From: Octopus bimaculoides
Lineage: Eukaryota
DNA length: 64,000 bases
Assembly (NCBI RefSeq): GCF_001194135.2
Contig: NC_069001.1
Span: 34,991,709-35,055,708, forward strand
Direction of reading: 5' to 3'
Position numbers and translations under genes: made by a program
The notes under the pieces: model-generated
What the model was told of the DNA's origin: nothing
The model's database searches: none
The model's input: only the letters and a program-made list of their open reading frames with translations
Shown: positions 26,505-37,889 of the stretch, piece by piece
Numbering within the stretch: the stretch's first letter is position 1
How the letters are laid out: each line of letters begins with the position of its first letter

Positions 26505-26720
26505 AACATGGCAGTCAAGGTTTAGGACGAATGTTGCTGCAATTTAGCCCCAGGAGACATCGTCTCCGGCTGGCTATATGTGACACAATTTGTGTCCTTA
26601 TATTTTCGAACAAAGGAATCTAGCAACCCCACTCATCTCAAAACAATATCTGTGTATCGCCATTTCCGGGTTATTTCCCTTCATCAGCACAGAATAATTG
26701 TTTGGTTAGAGATTTTAAAA
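26505..26720 (-). mobile_element. Hammerhead-motif repeat family 2 (~220 bp; Penelope-derived or retrozyme-like)
   Basis: Body homologous to 34740-34960 (TTGCCAACATAA..GCAGTCA..GAATG..ATTTAGCCCC..TGTCCTTA..TTTTC.AAC); hammerhead motif at 26649-26693. Confidence 0.65.
26649..26693 (-). ncRNA. Minimal type-I hammerhead ribozyme motif
   Basis: UCUGUG-CUGAUGA-A-GGG-aaauaa-CCC-G-GAAA-UGGCGA-UA|CACAGA: 6-bp helix I, intact core boxes, 3-bp helix II with an A.G closing mismatch, near-palindromic helix III. Confidence 0.6.
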
Positions 26721-26782
26721 TAGTAATCTTCTAACTAAGCATTCTGCCTGAAATGCAAACAGTTCTGCCAGCTCACTGCTTC

Positions 26783-27170
26783 GTTGTTGTTGGCACTCCG
26801 TCGCTTACGACATCGAGAGTTCCAGTTGATCCGATCAACGGAACAGCCTGCTCGTAAAATTAATGTACAAGTGGCTGAGCACTCCACAGACACGTGTACC
26901 CTGTACCCTTAATGTAGTTCTCAGGGATATTCAGCGTGACACAGTGTGACAAGGCTGACCCTTTGAATTACAGGCACAACAGAAACAGGAAGTAAGAGAA
27001 AGTTGTGGTGAAAGAGTACAGCAGGGTTCGCCAGCATCCCCTGCCGGAGTCTCGTGGAACTTTAGGTGTTTTTCGCTCAATAAACATTCACAACGCCCGG
27101 TCTGGGAATCGAAACCGTGATCCTATGACCGCGAGTCCGCTGCCCTAACCACTGGACCATTGTGCCACCA
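26783..27170 (-). mobile_element. Young tRNA-derived SINE family D with an 11-bp TSD
   Basis: CTCACTGCTTC at 26772-26782 and 27171-27181. Head TGGTCCAGTGGTTAGGGCAGCGGACTCGCGG..GGTTTCGATTCCCAG. Closely similar to the 53346 copy. Confidence 0.92.
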
Positions 27171-27635
27171 CTCACTGCTTCACAGTAGACTTAAAAAATG
27201 AAACAAGTCCTGGGGTCAAATTGTTCGACCAAACCCTTCCAGTTTGTGCTCCAGCATGACCACAGTCCAAGGACTGAAACAAGTAAAAGATACAAGACAC
27301 AGCAGAGCAATTCCTCGAATCTTCTCCTCAACAAAATAATTTATAGATTCGATAAATAAGTCATAATATTACCAAATAATTAAAAAAAGATGTAGGCGGG
27401 CAGAAGACATCTTCAAAAATTTCTTGAGCAAACAAATGTATTATTTAAAAACTGACATTTTCTAATAAACTGCTTCATTTCATATTCAAGCACAATTTCA
27501 AATCTTAACACTTAGAATTCAACTTACATATTTGTTATTCACTGATCCATAAAGTACTCATGAACATCGTTTAAATGTGTGTGTAGCTTTCACAAGTCGT
27601 TTGGCATTTCAAATTTTTCCTTCTTCCCCACAAAC

Positions 27636-27670
<35 letters not shown>

Positions 27671-28104
27671 CATTATTATTATTATTCTTATTATTATGTC
27701 AGTCTCATGAGCATTAAGTAGCGGAGTTGTTCAAGGCACCTATAAAATCACACTGTGGTATTTCTTCCGAGTCTTTAGGAAGTAAGCTCAAATCTCACCA
27801 TGTTCATACAAATGGTATTATTTCCTCGGCTACTGCTCCATAAAAATCTGTCCCATCTGGGGTGGGGGGTAGTTATTACTTTGTTTGGAAAGAAACAAGG
27901 GTTTGTGACAAGAAAAGCATCCAGCTGCAGAAAATTCTGCCCTGATAAAGACTCAACTGACTAGGGCAAGCATGGGAAAATATAGGTTAGATGATGATCT
28001 TCATTTTAAGCAATACATTGTCAATGATAATTGTAATGATCCTTTCTGTTAAAGAGACAAGCCTGAAATTTTGGCAGACACGGTAAGGCACACACACATA
28101 TATG

Positions 28105-28144
<40 letters not shown>

Positions 28145-28156
<12 letters not shown>

Positions 28157-28330
28157 AAAACATATATCAGCTTCTTTCAGTTTCCGTCTACCAAATCCAC
28201 TAACAAAGCTTTGGTCAGCCCAACGCTCTAGTAGAAGACACCCAAGGTACCATACAATAGGACTGAACCCTGGACCTTGTGGTTGAGAAGCAAGATTCTT
28301 ACCACACAGCCACATAGATGCAGGCATGGC
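28145..28330 (-). mobile_element. SINE family B, 5' half
   Basis: GCTTCTTTCAGTTTCCGTCTACCAAATCCAC...CTTACCACACAGCCA next to (TA)n. Confidence 0.82.
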
Positions 28331-28777
28331 CATTACTTCAACTTTTCTCCTGGCATCAATAAAAGAAAAGTACCAGCAAAGAACTGGAGTCAATATAATC
28401 GAATATAACCTCTCTCCAGAATCCATGCTACTTTGGTACTGTGGCCCCCATAGGATAAATTTATTTGCAATTTTATTTCGCTCCGTTTTTCTTGAGTAGT
28501 TATTTGATAAGAACCAATATAATAGATTCTTTATTAAACAACATGCAATAAGCACTTCTTGCTTCGTAACCTCACAGCCATCGTGTCTTCAGTGGGTCTT
28601 TGTGATTTGGTACAGATTCTAAAAAAGAAAAAACAACAGAAATTCATTTCACACAGACTTAGTTGTAACTAATAAAAGTTTGTGGACATGGCACCAAAAA
28701 TATATATTTAATTTTGGTCATTTGTTACATTGTATTATGTTGAGGAACAAACAAAGAGAAACTATTTATACATACAC

Positions 28778-28808
<31 letters not shown>

Positions 28809-29310
28809 TATATATATGAATAAATGCAATATTAGATGGAATTCTTCAAAAAGATATTTGTGTCTGAGGAAGAAATAATTCCAAATCAGCAGTATAAGTA
28901 GTGCCACCAAACATAGTAACATGACATGCATTCTTGCAATAATCGCTTCCAGGGAATCTATTGTTAGAAAACCCTCCTGACAATACGGAATATAATAACT
29001 AGCACTTTGCTGTTGAGTGGACAATTTTAGAAATAGCATTCAGCTGGAAAAATACTTGTGTTTACAATGCATTCTGTGAGTCTTATTTTAGAGAATTAAT
29101 TGAGCAGTCCATGACAGGAAGAGAACATGGATTATAATATTGTTAACCATTTTAATGCCAAGCCATCTGAGACGGCTTCTGTTTTATGGTAGAAGCCCTA
29201 AACATTTACAAATGTTCGTTATTTAAATTTTTTCCTGGGTGGATCATTAACTCTTTAGTAGTTAAACCAACTAAATCCAACCAATATATTCTACCTGGCT
29301 TCATGAGTTT

Positions 29311-29420
29311 TCTCAAGCTGGCAGAAACGTTAGCATGCTGAGCGAAATGCTGAGTGGTTTTTCGTCTGTCTTTATGTTCTGAGTTCAAATTCCGCTGAGG
29401 TTGACTTTACTTTCATCCTT
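29311..29420 (+). mobile_element. SINE family A, 3'-truncated
   Basis: AGCTGGCAGAAACGTTAGC..GAGTTCAAATTCCGCTGAGG..TTTCATCCTT. Confidence 0.8.
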
Positions 29421-29423
29421 ATA

Positions 29424-29465
<42 letters not shown>

Positions 29466-29639
29466 CTGCAAGAGAGTTAGGGGTTGAGGATTCAACCCAC
29501 TAAGGGATAGTATCTCCTCTCAACGATTAGTCAGAGTTGATTTTTAAAATGAGAATATCTGAAATAAACTCAACTGCTCTCACAAATGAGAATACTAAAA
29601 ATGAAACACAGCGCTCTCAAAAGTTAAGTAAAAAAAACA

Positions 29640-29840
29640 TCGGAAAAATGATCTAGAATCCTTGTCCGGTATCGGATCGATCCCAAAATCTAATCAGTTT
29701 GTGCCAGTCATGAAGCCAAACATCCCTGAAAGTTTTATCTGAATCCATTCAGCAGTTCTTGAGATATCTTGTCCGTGGACAAACAAGCAAATTATAATGA
29801 CTGAAAACAATACCTCTGCCTTCGCTAAGGGGGAGGTAAT
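29640..29840 (-). mobile_element. Non-autonomous element with a terminal hairpin (Helentron/DINE-1-like, tentative)
   Basis: Minus-strand end ATTACCTCCCCCTTAGCGAAGGCAGAGG (hairpin CCTT-AGCG-AAGG), then TTGTTTGTCC..GATATCTCAAGAAC..GATTTTGGGATCGATCC. Layout recalled from widespread metazoan ATTACCTCCGCC-type elements. Confidence 0.45.
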
Positions 29841-30057
29841 AATAATTCTACCACCACCACCACCACCACTACCTCCACCTCCACCAATAACAACGATATC
29901 CCCCAAAAAATAAAATGAAAGTAAAAGTACTTGAGAGTAAAAGTACACTTCAATGGTATGTCCAACCAGTCGCCTGTAATCTGTTTCACTCAGGTACATG
30001 TTTGTTGTTATATCTTATATTATATTTGCCTCCTTTTTGTTTTATAATTGCTCTATA

Positions 30058-30270
30058 TAAAGGGGTTTTGAAAAATCCCTGACTTTAAGAGTATCATGAA
30101 AAGCTTTGTTGGAGGCTCAACCTTCTGAGTTCTTTTATAGAACTTAAAAAAAACTGAAGGACTGCTGCAATGAGTGTGTGAACCTGAGAGGGAAATATGT
30201 TGAATAAAATCATAATTAACTGATCCTCCTGTATTTTCTTTTACCCTAAGCCAGGAACTTTTCAGTATAT
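30058..30270 (+). mobile_element. Mariner-derived MITE
   Basis: Imperfect TIRs TGAAAAATCCCTGACTT / AAGCCAGGAACTTTTCA; internal ...KKLKDCCNECVNLRGKYVE* resembles the mariner transposase C-terminus. Confidence 0.7.
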
Positions 30271-30855
30271 ATATATACACGCACATATATTCACACAGAC
30301 ATATATGTCTGAGCGAAGTGGGTTGAGAGAGTAGATGTTTATTCCATTTGTTTACAGCTGTTTCATAATCTTGTTAGTTATATAATAGATATGTATATTT
30401 ATTTAGTCCGTGTCGCTTTTTTCAATTACTTCCTCCCTTACCATTCTTATATTTTTGTTTCCAATTGTTGGTCCTGTGTCTTAAATTGTCTTGATATCAG
30501 AAGCTGCATTATTAATACAAATGTATGTGTGTGTGTGTATGTGTGAGTGAGTGAGTGTGTGTGGGGGGAGGTAGTGCAACAGCAATATGCATTTGTTTAT
30601 TGATAAAACTATTTAGATGCACACGTTTAGCATACATGCTCAAAGCATTATTTGATGTTGATGTTGTTGTTTTTTTCATAAATCTTTGGGGGGGGGGGGN
30701 NNNNNNNNNNNNNNNNNNNNNNNTGTATTTGCTGTTTATTTATTGGGAGTGGTCCATTATTTATTTTTTGCCTGTAGTTGGTTGAGGAGGTGCCGTTGCA
30801 GGGAGGGGAGGGTAAGAGAGGATGAAGTGTCTGTTTTTTGTTGTTTTTTTTAAAA

Positions 30856-30899
<44 letters not shown>

Positions 30900-31794
30900 T
30901 GTTTTTTCGAATTTGAGATTATTCGTTCATGTTTATTTAGGCGTCGTAGCGAAACCAATTTCAGATTGCATTAAAGTAATGTAAAATTTTCCACAGAATA
31001 ATATTATATTACAAAACGTAAGTAAACTAAGCAGGTTGAAAAATAGCAACAACAAAAAAAAAACCCCACAAAAACAAAAACGTGCATACATTAATATAAA
31101 CAACAACAACAGCAGCAGCAGCAACAGTAGTAACATAGATATAAACAGATCCATACAAAAACAATATAAAACACAAGAAATATAAACGACCAAAATATGG
31201 ATATTAAGAGATAGAATTATTATATTTAAGGGGTTTCACAATAATGATTGAGAAGGAGAATTTTACAAAATCCTATTACCCATGTAGCATTGCCAATACA
31301 TGTAGCAATGTCAAATTCAATTACATGTTGTATTATTGTTATTTTATTAAATTATTGTTTTGTTTATTGCTATTCTTTTTTTTTTTATTAAAGCTTGTGG
31401 CATAAACAATTGCTTCCTTCAATCATCTGTTGATTTTCTGAGAGAGAGAGGGGGGGAGAGGGAGAGAGAGGGGGGAGAGGGAGAGAGAGTGTATGTGTGT
31501 GTGTGTATGCGTTATACATACATGTATATTAATATGATTGTGTGTATATGTTATATAAATATGTACAAGTTACTTTATATGCGTAGACATAGAAAAACAC
31601 ATGCACACACATATACACAAACACACACATATATAAGTATACAATAATATATACACATACAGATGCACTCACACATATATAAGTATTTATATATATGTAT
31701 TTTATATATGTATCTATATTTATATTCACAATACATACATGTATATATTATATTTATATATGTATATATGTGTGTGTATAAAAATCATCACTCT

Positions 31795-32045
31795 TGCCGT
31801 TTAATATCTGCTTTCCATGCTGGCATGGGTTGGACGGTTTGATTGGGGACTAGCAAGCCAGGTGGCTGTACCAGGCTCCAATCTGATCTGGCAAGGTTTC
31901 TACAGATGGATACCCTTTCTAACGCCAGCCACTCCAAGAGTGTAATGGGTGCTTTTTACATGCCACCAGCACAGGAGCCAGTCGGCAGGCCTGGCACCGA
32001 TCATATTCAAATAGTGCTTTTGACGTGCCACCGGCATGGCGGGGG
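31795..32045 (-). mobile_element. RTE-tail element (family C)
   Basis: TTTCCATGCTGGCATGGGTTGGACG..GGCTCCAATCTGAT..CCACTCCAAGAGTG. Confidence 0.8.
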
Positions 32046-32589
32046 GAGGGGCATCCTTTAAGTTCATTTCCAGGAAACGTTTTGAATATGCATACAAATG
32101 CTCCTGTTCTGTTATCCTTCTGGCTTCAGCCCAATGATATCAACTGGTAATACCAGTTTTTGGAGTGAACAAGATCAAGCAAAAGAACCATGCTACCCAT
32201 CTTGGCATCTGCATACTCAAACAGCAAAATAAGTCCAACATCACCACACACTCACACACCTCCACCTCCTTATAACTACCATTCCTGCTTTTCTTTCTAT
32301 CACCTTCCACCCCTCCCCACCAAATACACACAAAAATACCCACATACCCAGATCGACCTTTTCGTTGGTTGAGGTTGGTCAACAACCCTCAGTTAAACAT
32401 CCATTAATACCATTTCACTCAAAGAAACGAATGCATGAACATGATCCACCTGATTTCCACGGATACTACAAACTGTACTGTAATCATCCCCGGAATATAG
32501 ACTATCATCATAAGAAACATGGGATTTGTGGAAACATGTGTAGCAACCCATTAAAATGTTTATAAATTCCATCCAAGGATTATTATTGC

Positions 32590-32639
<50 letters not shown>

Positions 32640-32643
<4 letters not shown>

Positions 32644-32805
32644 CAATTGGCTTTATTCAGTTTCTGTTTTCTGTCTACCAGATCCACTCACAAAGCTTTG
32701 GTCAGCCCAGAGTTATATTAGAAGGCATTTGTCCAGGGTGCCATGTACTAGGACTGGACCCAGAACCATGCAGTTTGGAAGCAAGCTTTCTTACCACACA
32801 GCCAT
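32640..32805 (-). mobile_element. SINE family B, 5' half
   Basis: CTACCAGATCCACTCACAAAGCTTTGGTC...CTTACCACACAGCCA. Confidence 0.8.
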
Positions 32806-32927
32806 TGTGTACTATGTATACTCGCATTGAATATTATTTTCATCTCATCATTCAATTCTCTCTAAAATCCAACTATTGTGTGTCTGCCTCCCCACCCCCT
32901 GCTCATCTGCCACCTTGGTAGCAAATA

Positions 32928-32977
<50 letters not shown>

Positions 32978-33370
32978 TATCATCATCATCATTATCATCA
33001 TCATTAATCTTTTTTTCCTTGTCTGATGGAACATGATTAGAATTGAATATGAATACTACAACAATATTATTGCGTAATTGCCCAGACCATTGATATCTTT
33101 TCATTCACAACGTAATACTTCCATTTTATAATCTTATTAGTTGTTTTGTTTTGTTTTATATATTTTGTTCCTTTTTCTTTTCTTGTGCTTTCTTTTTTTT
33201 TTTTTTTTTTTTTTNNNNNNNNNNNNNNNNNNNNNNNNNNNNNNNNNNNNNNNNNNNNNNNNNNNNNNNNNNNNNNNNNNNNNNNNNNNNNNNNNNNNNN
33301 NNNNNNNNNNNNNNNNNNNNNNNNNNNNNNNNNNNNNNNNNNNNNNNNNNNNNNNNNNNNNNNNNNNNNN

Positions 33371-33421
<51 letters not shown>

Positions 33422-33682
33422 TATATACATATATGTATGTATGTATGTATGTATGTATCTATGTATGTATGCATTTATGTTATGTGTGTGTGTGTGTGTA
33501 TGTATATATGTATGTGTGTGTGTGTGTGTGTGTGTATGTTTACTGGCTGTATACTGGATGTATTATGTTTTTATATTTACATATTTACGTTGATTCTACA
33601 CTGGTCTTTGGAATGATGATATGTGTTAGATATTTCTGTCCTGGAAATATGTCGTTGCGAAGCAAACTTCTTACAACACACC

Positions 33683-33714
<32 letters not shown>

Positions 33715-33831
33715 NNNNNNNNNNTATATATTTTATACTGTGAAACTCAATTTAATTTTAATTTTTAATAAATTGATTTTAATTGAGTTTCTACTTGTAA
33801 TTTTGGATTTTATCCTTAATATTATTATTAT

Positions 33832-33865
<34 letters not shown>

Positions 33866-33914
33866 TGCCCACAGGGGGATAAACATAGAGGGGACAAACA
33901 AGGACAGACAAAGG

Positions 33915-34080
33915 GATTAAGGTGATTACATTGACCCCAGTGTGTAACTGGTACTTATATAATCGACCCCAAAAGGATGAAATGCAAAGTCGACCTCAGC
34001 AGAGTTTGAACTCAGAACATAATGGCAGACAAAATACCACTAAGCATTTCACCCAACATGCTAACAATTCTGCCTCTCCT
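33915..34080 (-). mobile_element. SINE family A
   Basis: GACCCCAGTG..AAGGATGAAATGCAAAGTCGACCTC..TTTGAACTCAGAAC. Confidence 0.8.
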
Positions 34081-34614
34081 AACATATTGTTATATTGTTA
34101 TGCATGCAATCAAATCAACAATCCTTGAAGAAAAAAAAACATACACTCTCCCACCTAAAAAAAAAAAAAAGCAAGAAATTTTGTCATAAATTTCAATATC
34201 AAATGCAGAAATTATTGAAAGAATCATAAAATCAAATTGAAATTCTTCTTCACACATATGGTAAACAGTTCCAAACACTTAAGTTGAAATGTTTTCCATT
34301 TATACCATTTTTTTGTTGGTTATTTTCTTTCTGATGTTTCATATTTTTATGATAAATCATAAATTGTTTATAACTGATAGAATCCATAAATTTACATAAA
34401 TTTCGAGTTGATGGATTTCATAGTATGTTGTCACTAAATCATTATTCTCTGAACACTTGGCAACATGCAACATAGATCATCACTATGTTTTTACTAAACT
34501 TCCAATAACTTTCTGTAACTCAGCTGCTGTTTCAATTCCAGACTAAGATATTGCTATCTATTGCCCTGGGCTGCATCATTGTATTGTTAGTGAATCGGAC
34601 CCTGTTGTCTAGTT

Positions 34615-35143
34615 CAGTGTTTCTCAAACTATCTGATGTGGTATACCAGCATTTTTTTTCCCAGTGTGCTAGGGACCGTTAATATTTCTTAGTAGTATTA
34701 ATTTATACCAGAAACAATACCTATAACAAAGTGATGGCTTGTTGCCAACATAAAGTAGCAGTCACAGAAAAGGGAAGAATGCTACTGTCATTTAGCCCCC
34801 AAAACACCGTTTTTAGTTTGCTGTGCAACACAAGCACTCTATGTCCTTAAGTTTTCAAACGGGAGATAAACACCTCCACCTCACAAAGCCAGCATCCAGA
34901 GACTAGTTTCAGGGTAATTGCCCTTGATCAGTCTGGAGTGGCTTGGCCTTATAATGAATATAATAAAAGTTGGTGAGTACCAAACTCCACTGGTCAGCTG
35001 ATAAGTTGTTTACTGCTGTGCATAAGGTGAAATTACTGAAATTATGCTATCGTTTCTTTCTTTGCTGGAAACTCGCCGGGTTCTGGCACCTGATGGCTCG
35101 CGAACCAGCGCCGGTCTCCGGACCACCACTTTGAGTATCACTG
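34615..35143. mobile_element. hAT (Charlie-type) non-autonomous element with a perfect 8-bp TSD
   Basis: TIRs CAGTGTTTCTCAAA (34615) and TTTGAGTATCACTG (ends 35143). GTCTAGTT at 34607-34614 and 35144-35151, close to the NTCTAGAN Charlie target. Confidence 0.9.
34895..34937 (-). ncRNA. Minimal type-I hammerhead ribozyme motif with a G8C core change (family 2, nested in the hAT element)
   Basis: UCCAGA-CUGAUCA-AGGG-caauua-CCCU-GAAA-CUAG-UC|UCUGGA: 6-bp helix I, 4-bp helix II, palindromic ACUAGU helix III. Confidence 0.65.
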
Positions 35144-35587
35144 GTCTAGTTGACCCAGCCAGAGTTGGTCAAGTTCCGGTTTGCATTTCAGTAGCAGCAG
35201 CAACTTGCTGCTCTGCCTTTTTATCCATTATCACCAAGTGGTGCTGCTCATTTGCAATTATCCAGTGATGTCAAGTTGAGGAGGCACACACACACACACA
35301 CACACACACAGAAACACAAACACATAAACACACTCACAAAACATACACATGCAAAAACATACACATGCAAAAACACACGCATATGCACATAAACACACAC
35401 ACAGGTAAACATACACACACACACAGAAACACAAACGCATAAACACACAAAAACACATATTCAAACACACAAATACACACACACACACACACATCTCAGC
35501 ATTTAAAGTCTGTATTCTATCCTAGCATGTGTTCGATGGTTTAACCAGATTCAACCAGCCTGAAGGTTAAATTGGTCTATAAGCATT

Positions 35588-35970
35588 TACCTTTTACTTG
35601 TTCCAGTCATTTAATTATGGCCATGCTGGAACACTATCTTTAGTCAAACAACTTAACCCCACGACTTATTCATTGTAAGCCTAGTACTTATTCTATCGAT
35701 CCCTTTTGCTGAACCTCTTATGCACGGGGACATAAACACACCAACATTGGTCGTCAAGCAATGGTAGGAGAACAAACACATACACACACACATACACATA
35801 CATATGATAGGCTTCTTTCAGTTTCCACCTACCAAATCCACCCACATGGCTTTGGTCAGCCCGAGGCTATAGTAGAAGACACTTGCCCAAGGTGCCACAC
35901 AACGGGACTGAACCCGGAACCATGTGGTTAGAAAGCAAGCTTCTTACACATAGCAATGCTGTGCCTGTAT
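35588..35970 (-). mobile_element. SINE family B, full length
   Basis: Collinear with the 10588 copy. Confidence 0.88.
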
Positions 35971-35989
35971 TTATTTTTCTCTCTTTTTT

Positions 35990-36107
35990 TATAAAGCCTG
36001 GTACTTACTCTATCAGTCTCTTTTGCAGAACTGCTAAGTTACAGGGACATAAACACACCAACATTGGTCGTCAAGTGGTAGTGCAGAAAGACGCATACAC
36101 AAAGGCA

Positions 36108-36149
<42 letters not shown>

Positions 36150-36312
36150 AGCGGCTCCTTTTTATGCACCAAATCCACTCACAACGCTTTGGTCGACCAG
36201 AGGTTACAGTAATACGCACATACACATGCCAAAGGCACCATGCAGTGGGATTGAACCCAGAACCATGTGCTTGGTCAGCAAAAATAAACTTATCGCACTG
36301 CCACACCTGCCC
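35990..36312 (-). mobile_element. SINE family B, second tandem copy
   Basis: Collinear, with an internal (CA)n tract. Confidence 0.8.
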
Positions 36313-36668
36313 CTACATCTCAATGTGCAAATTAAACTAAAGCAGGCAGGCATGAGTGCTTATTTGCATATAATACACTGACGCTGCAATCAAAACATGT
36401 GCATCTCCATGAGGCATAACACAGTTGACATGTTAATATATAAATAAATATTGTGACAGATTTCAGCTTTAACACTTAATCTCTGTTTAGATTAAGGCCT
36501 TGGTATGTAAATGATTTATGCCCTGTGATTAGGATGATGACAATTGAGCTCACGGGAATCTGGAATGGTCAATCAAGGTCTTTAGATTTCTCTATTATTT
36601 AGCCATTTTATAGAAATCTTTGTGCTGTAGTCCCAGATGCACAAATCCCCCCAAATGTTTGTGTGTGC

Positions 36669-36710
<42 letters not shown>

Positions 36711-36917
36711 TTATGTATGTATGTATGTATGCATGTATGTATATGCATATGCACATATTGCATATATTTATGTGTATATATATAATATACATATACATAT
36801 ACATATATATATATATACACACATGATTGTGTATATGTACATACAAATAAATATATATATATGTATGTATGTATCTGTAAATATATAAATTCATATATAT
36901 TTCATTTATATGTGTGC

Positions 36918-36967
<50 letters not shown>

Positions 36968-37105
36968 TCACACACATACATTCACACACATGCATGTGAA
37001 TATATGCATACACACACACACACACATATATATATATATTTATATGTGCCTGTAAATATATAATTTCATATATATTTCATTTATATATGTGTGCCTCTGT
37101 GTGTG

Positions 37106-37162
<57 letters not shown>

Positions 37163-37309
37163 ATACACAAACATACATATATAAATTTTCATATATAGTC
37201 AGGCACCAACTCACATGCATGTATATATATACGCATGTGTGCTGCCATGGAAGTGACAGAAGACATCAGACCATTCAGTGTCTAAGAAAACCTAAATTAT
37301 CAACAGACT

Positions 37310-37470
37310 GGAATCGATAATGTTTGCTTCATGCTTCATGCTTGACGCCGCCGGATTTTCTTAATTCTAGACTAAGGAACTAAATTATAGCCGACCGAAA
37401 TTACCAGAAAGCACCGCCAGTTAGCCAGTCCGTCAATCAGCCAGTCGAGAGACGGAAGAGGTAATAAGTG
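37310..37470. promoter_or_regulatory. Short CpG-rich unique segment, possible promoter or first exon
   Basis: About 10 CpG in ~150 bp against a CpG-poor background; CGGAAG ETS-like core; possible donor GAG|GTAATA. Confidence 0.25.
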
Positions 37471-37536
37471 AATAAGCACAGCTAATGAAGGTTAAGAGTT
37501 GTGGTGTGGTGGAGCCTTAAGCAATGATGGAAGAGG

Positions 37537-37574
<38 letters not shown>

Positions 37575-37889
37575 ATGTGTGTATATATATATGTGTGTGT
37601 TTGTGTGTGTGCATGTGTGTGTTAGTGTGTCTATATGCATATTTGTGCATATGTATGTGTTTATATGTGTATGTATGTGTATGTGCATGAATGTGTCTAT
37701 GAGTATGTATATGTGTCGGTTTGTATGCATATACATACACACATATATATATGGGTGTGTGTGTGTGTGTATGCATATATAGCCATCTATTTATTGTACT
37801 TAATATAAATAACTGCTTCTGTTGCATATAACAGATAGTTATATTTGTGTGTGTTTGTGTTTGTGTATGTGTGTGTGTGTGTGTGTGTA

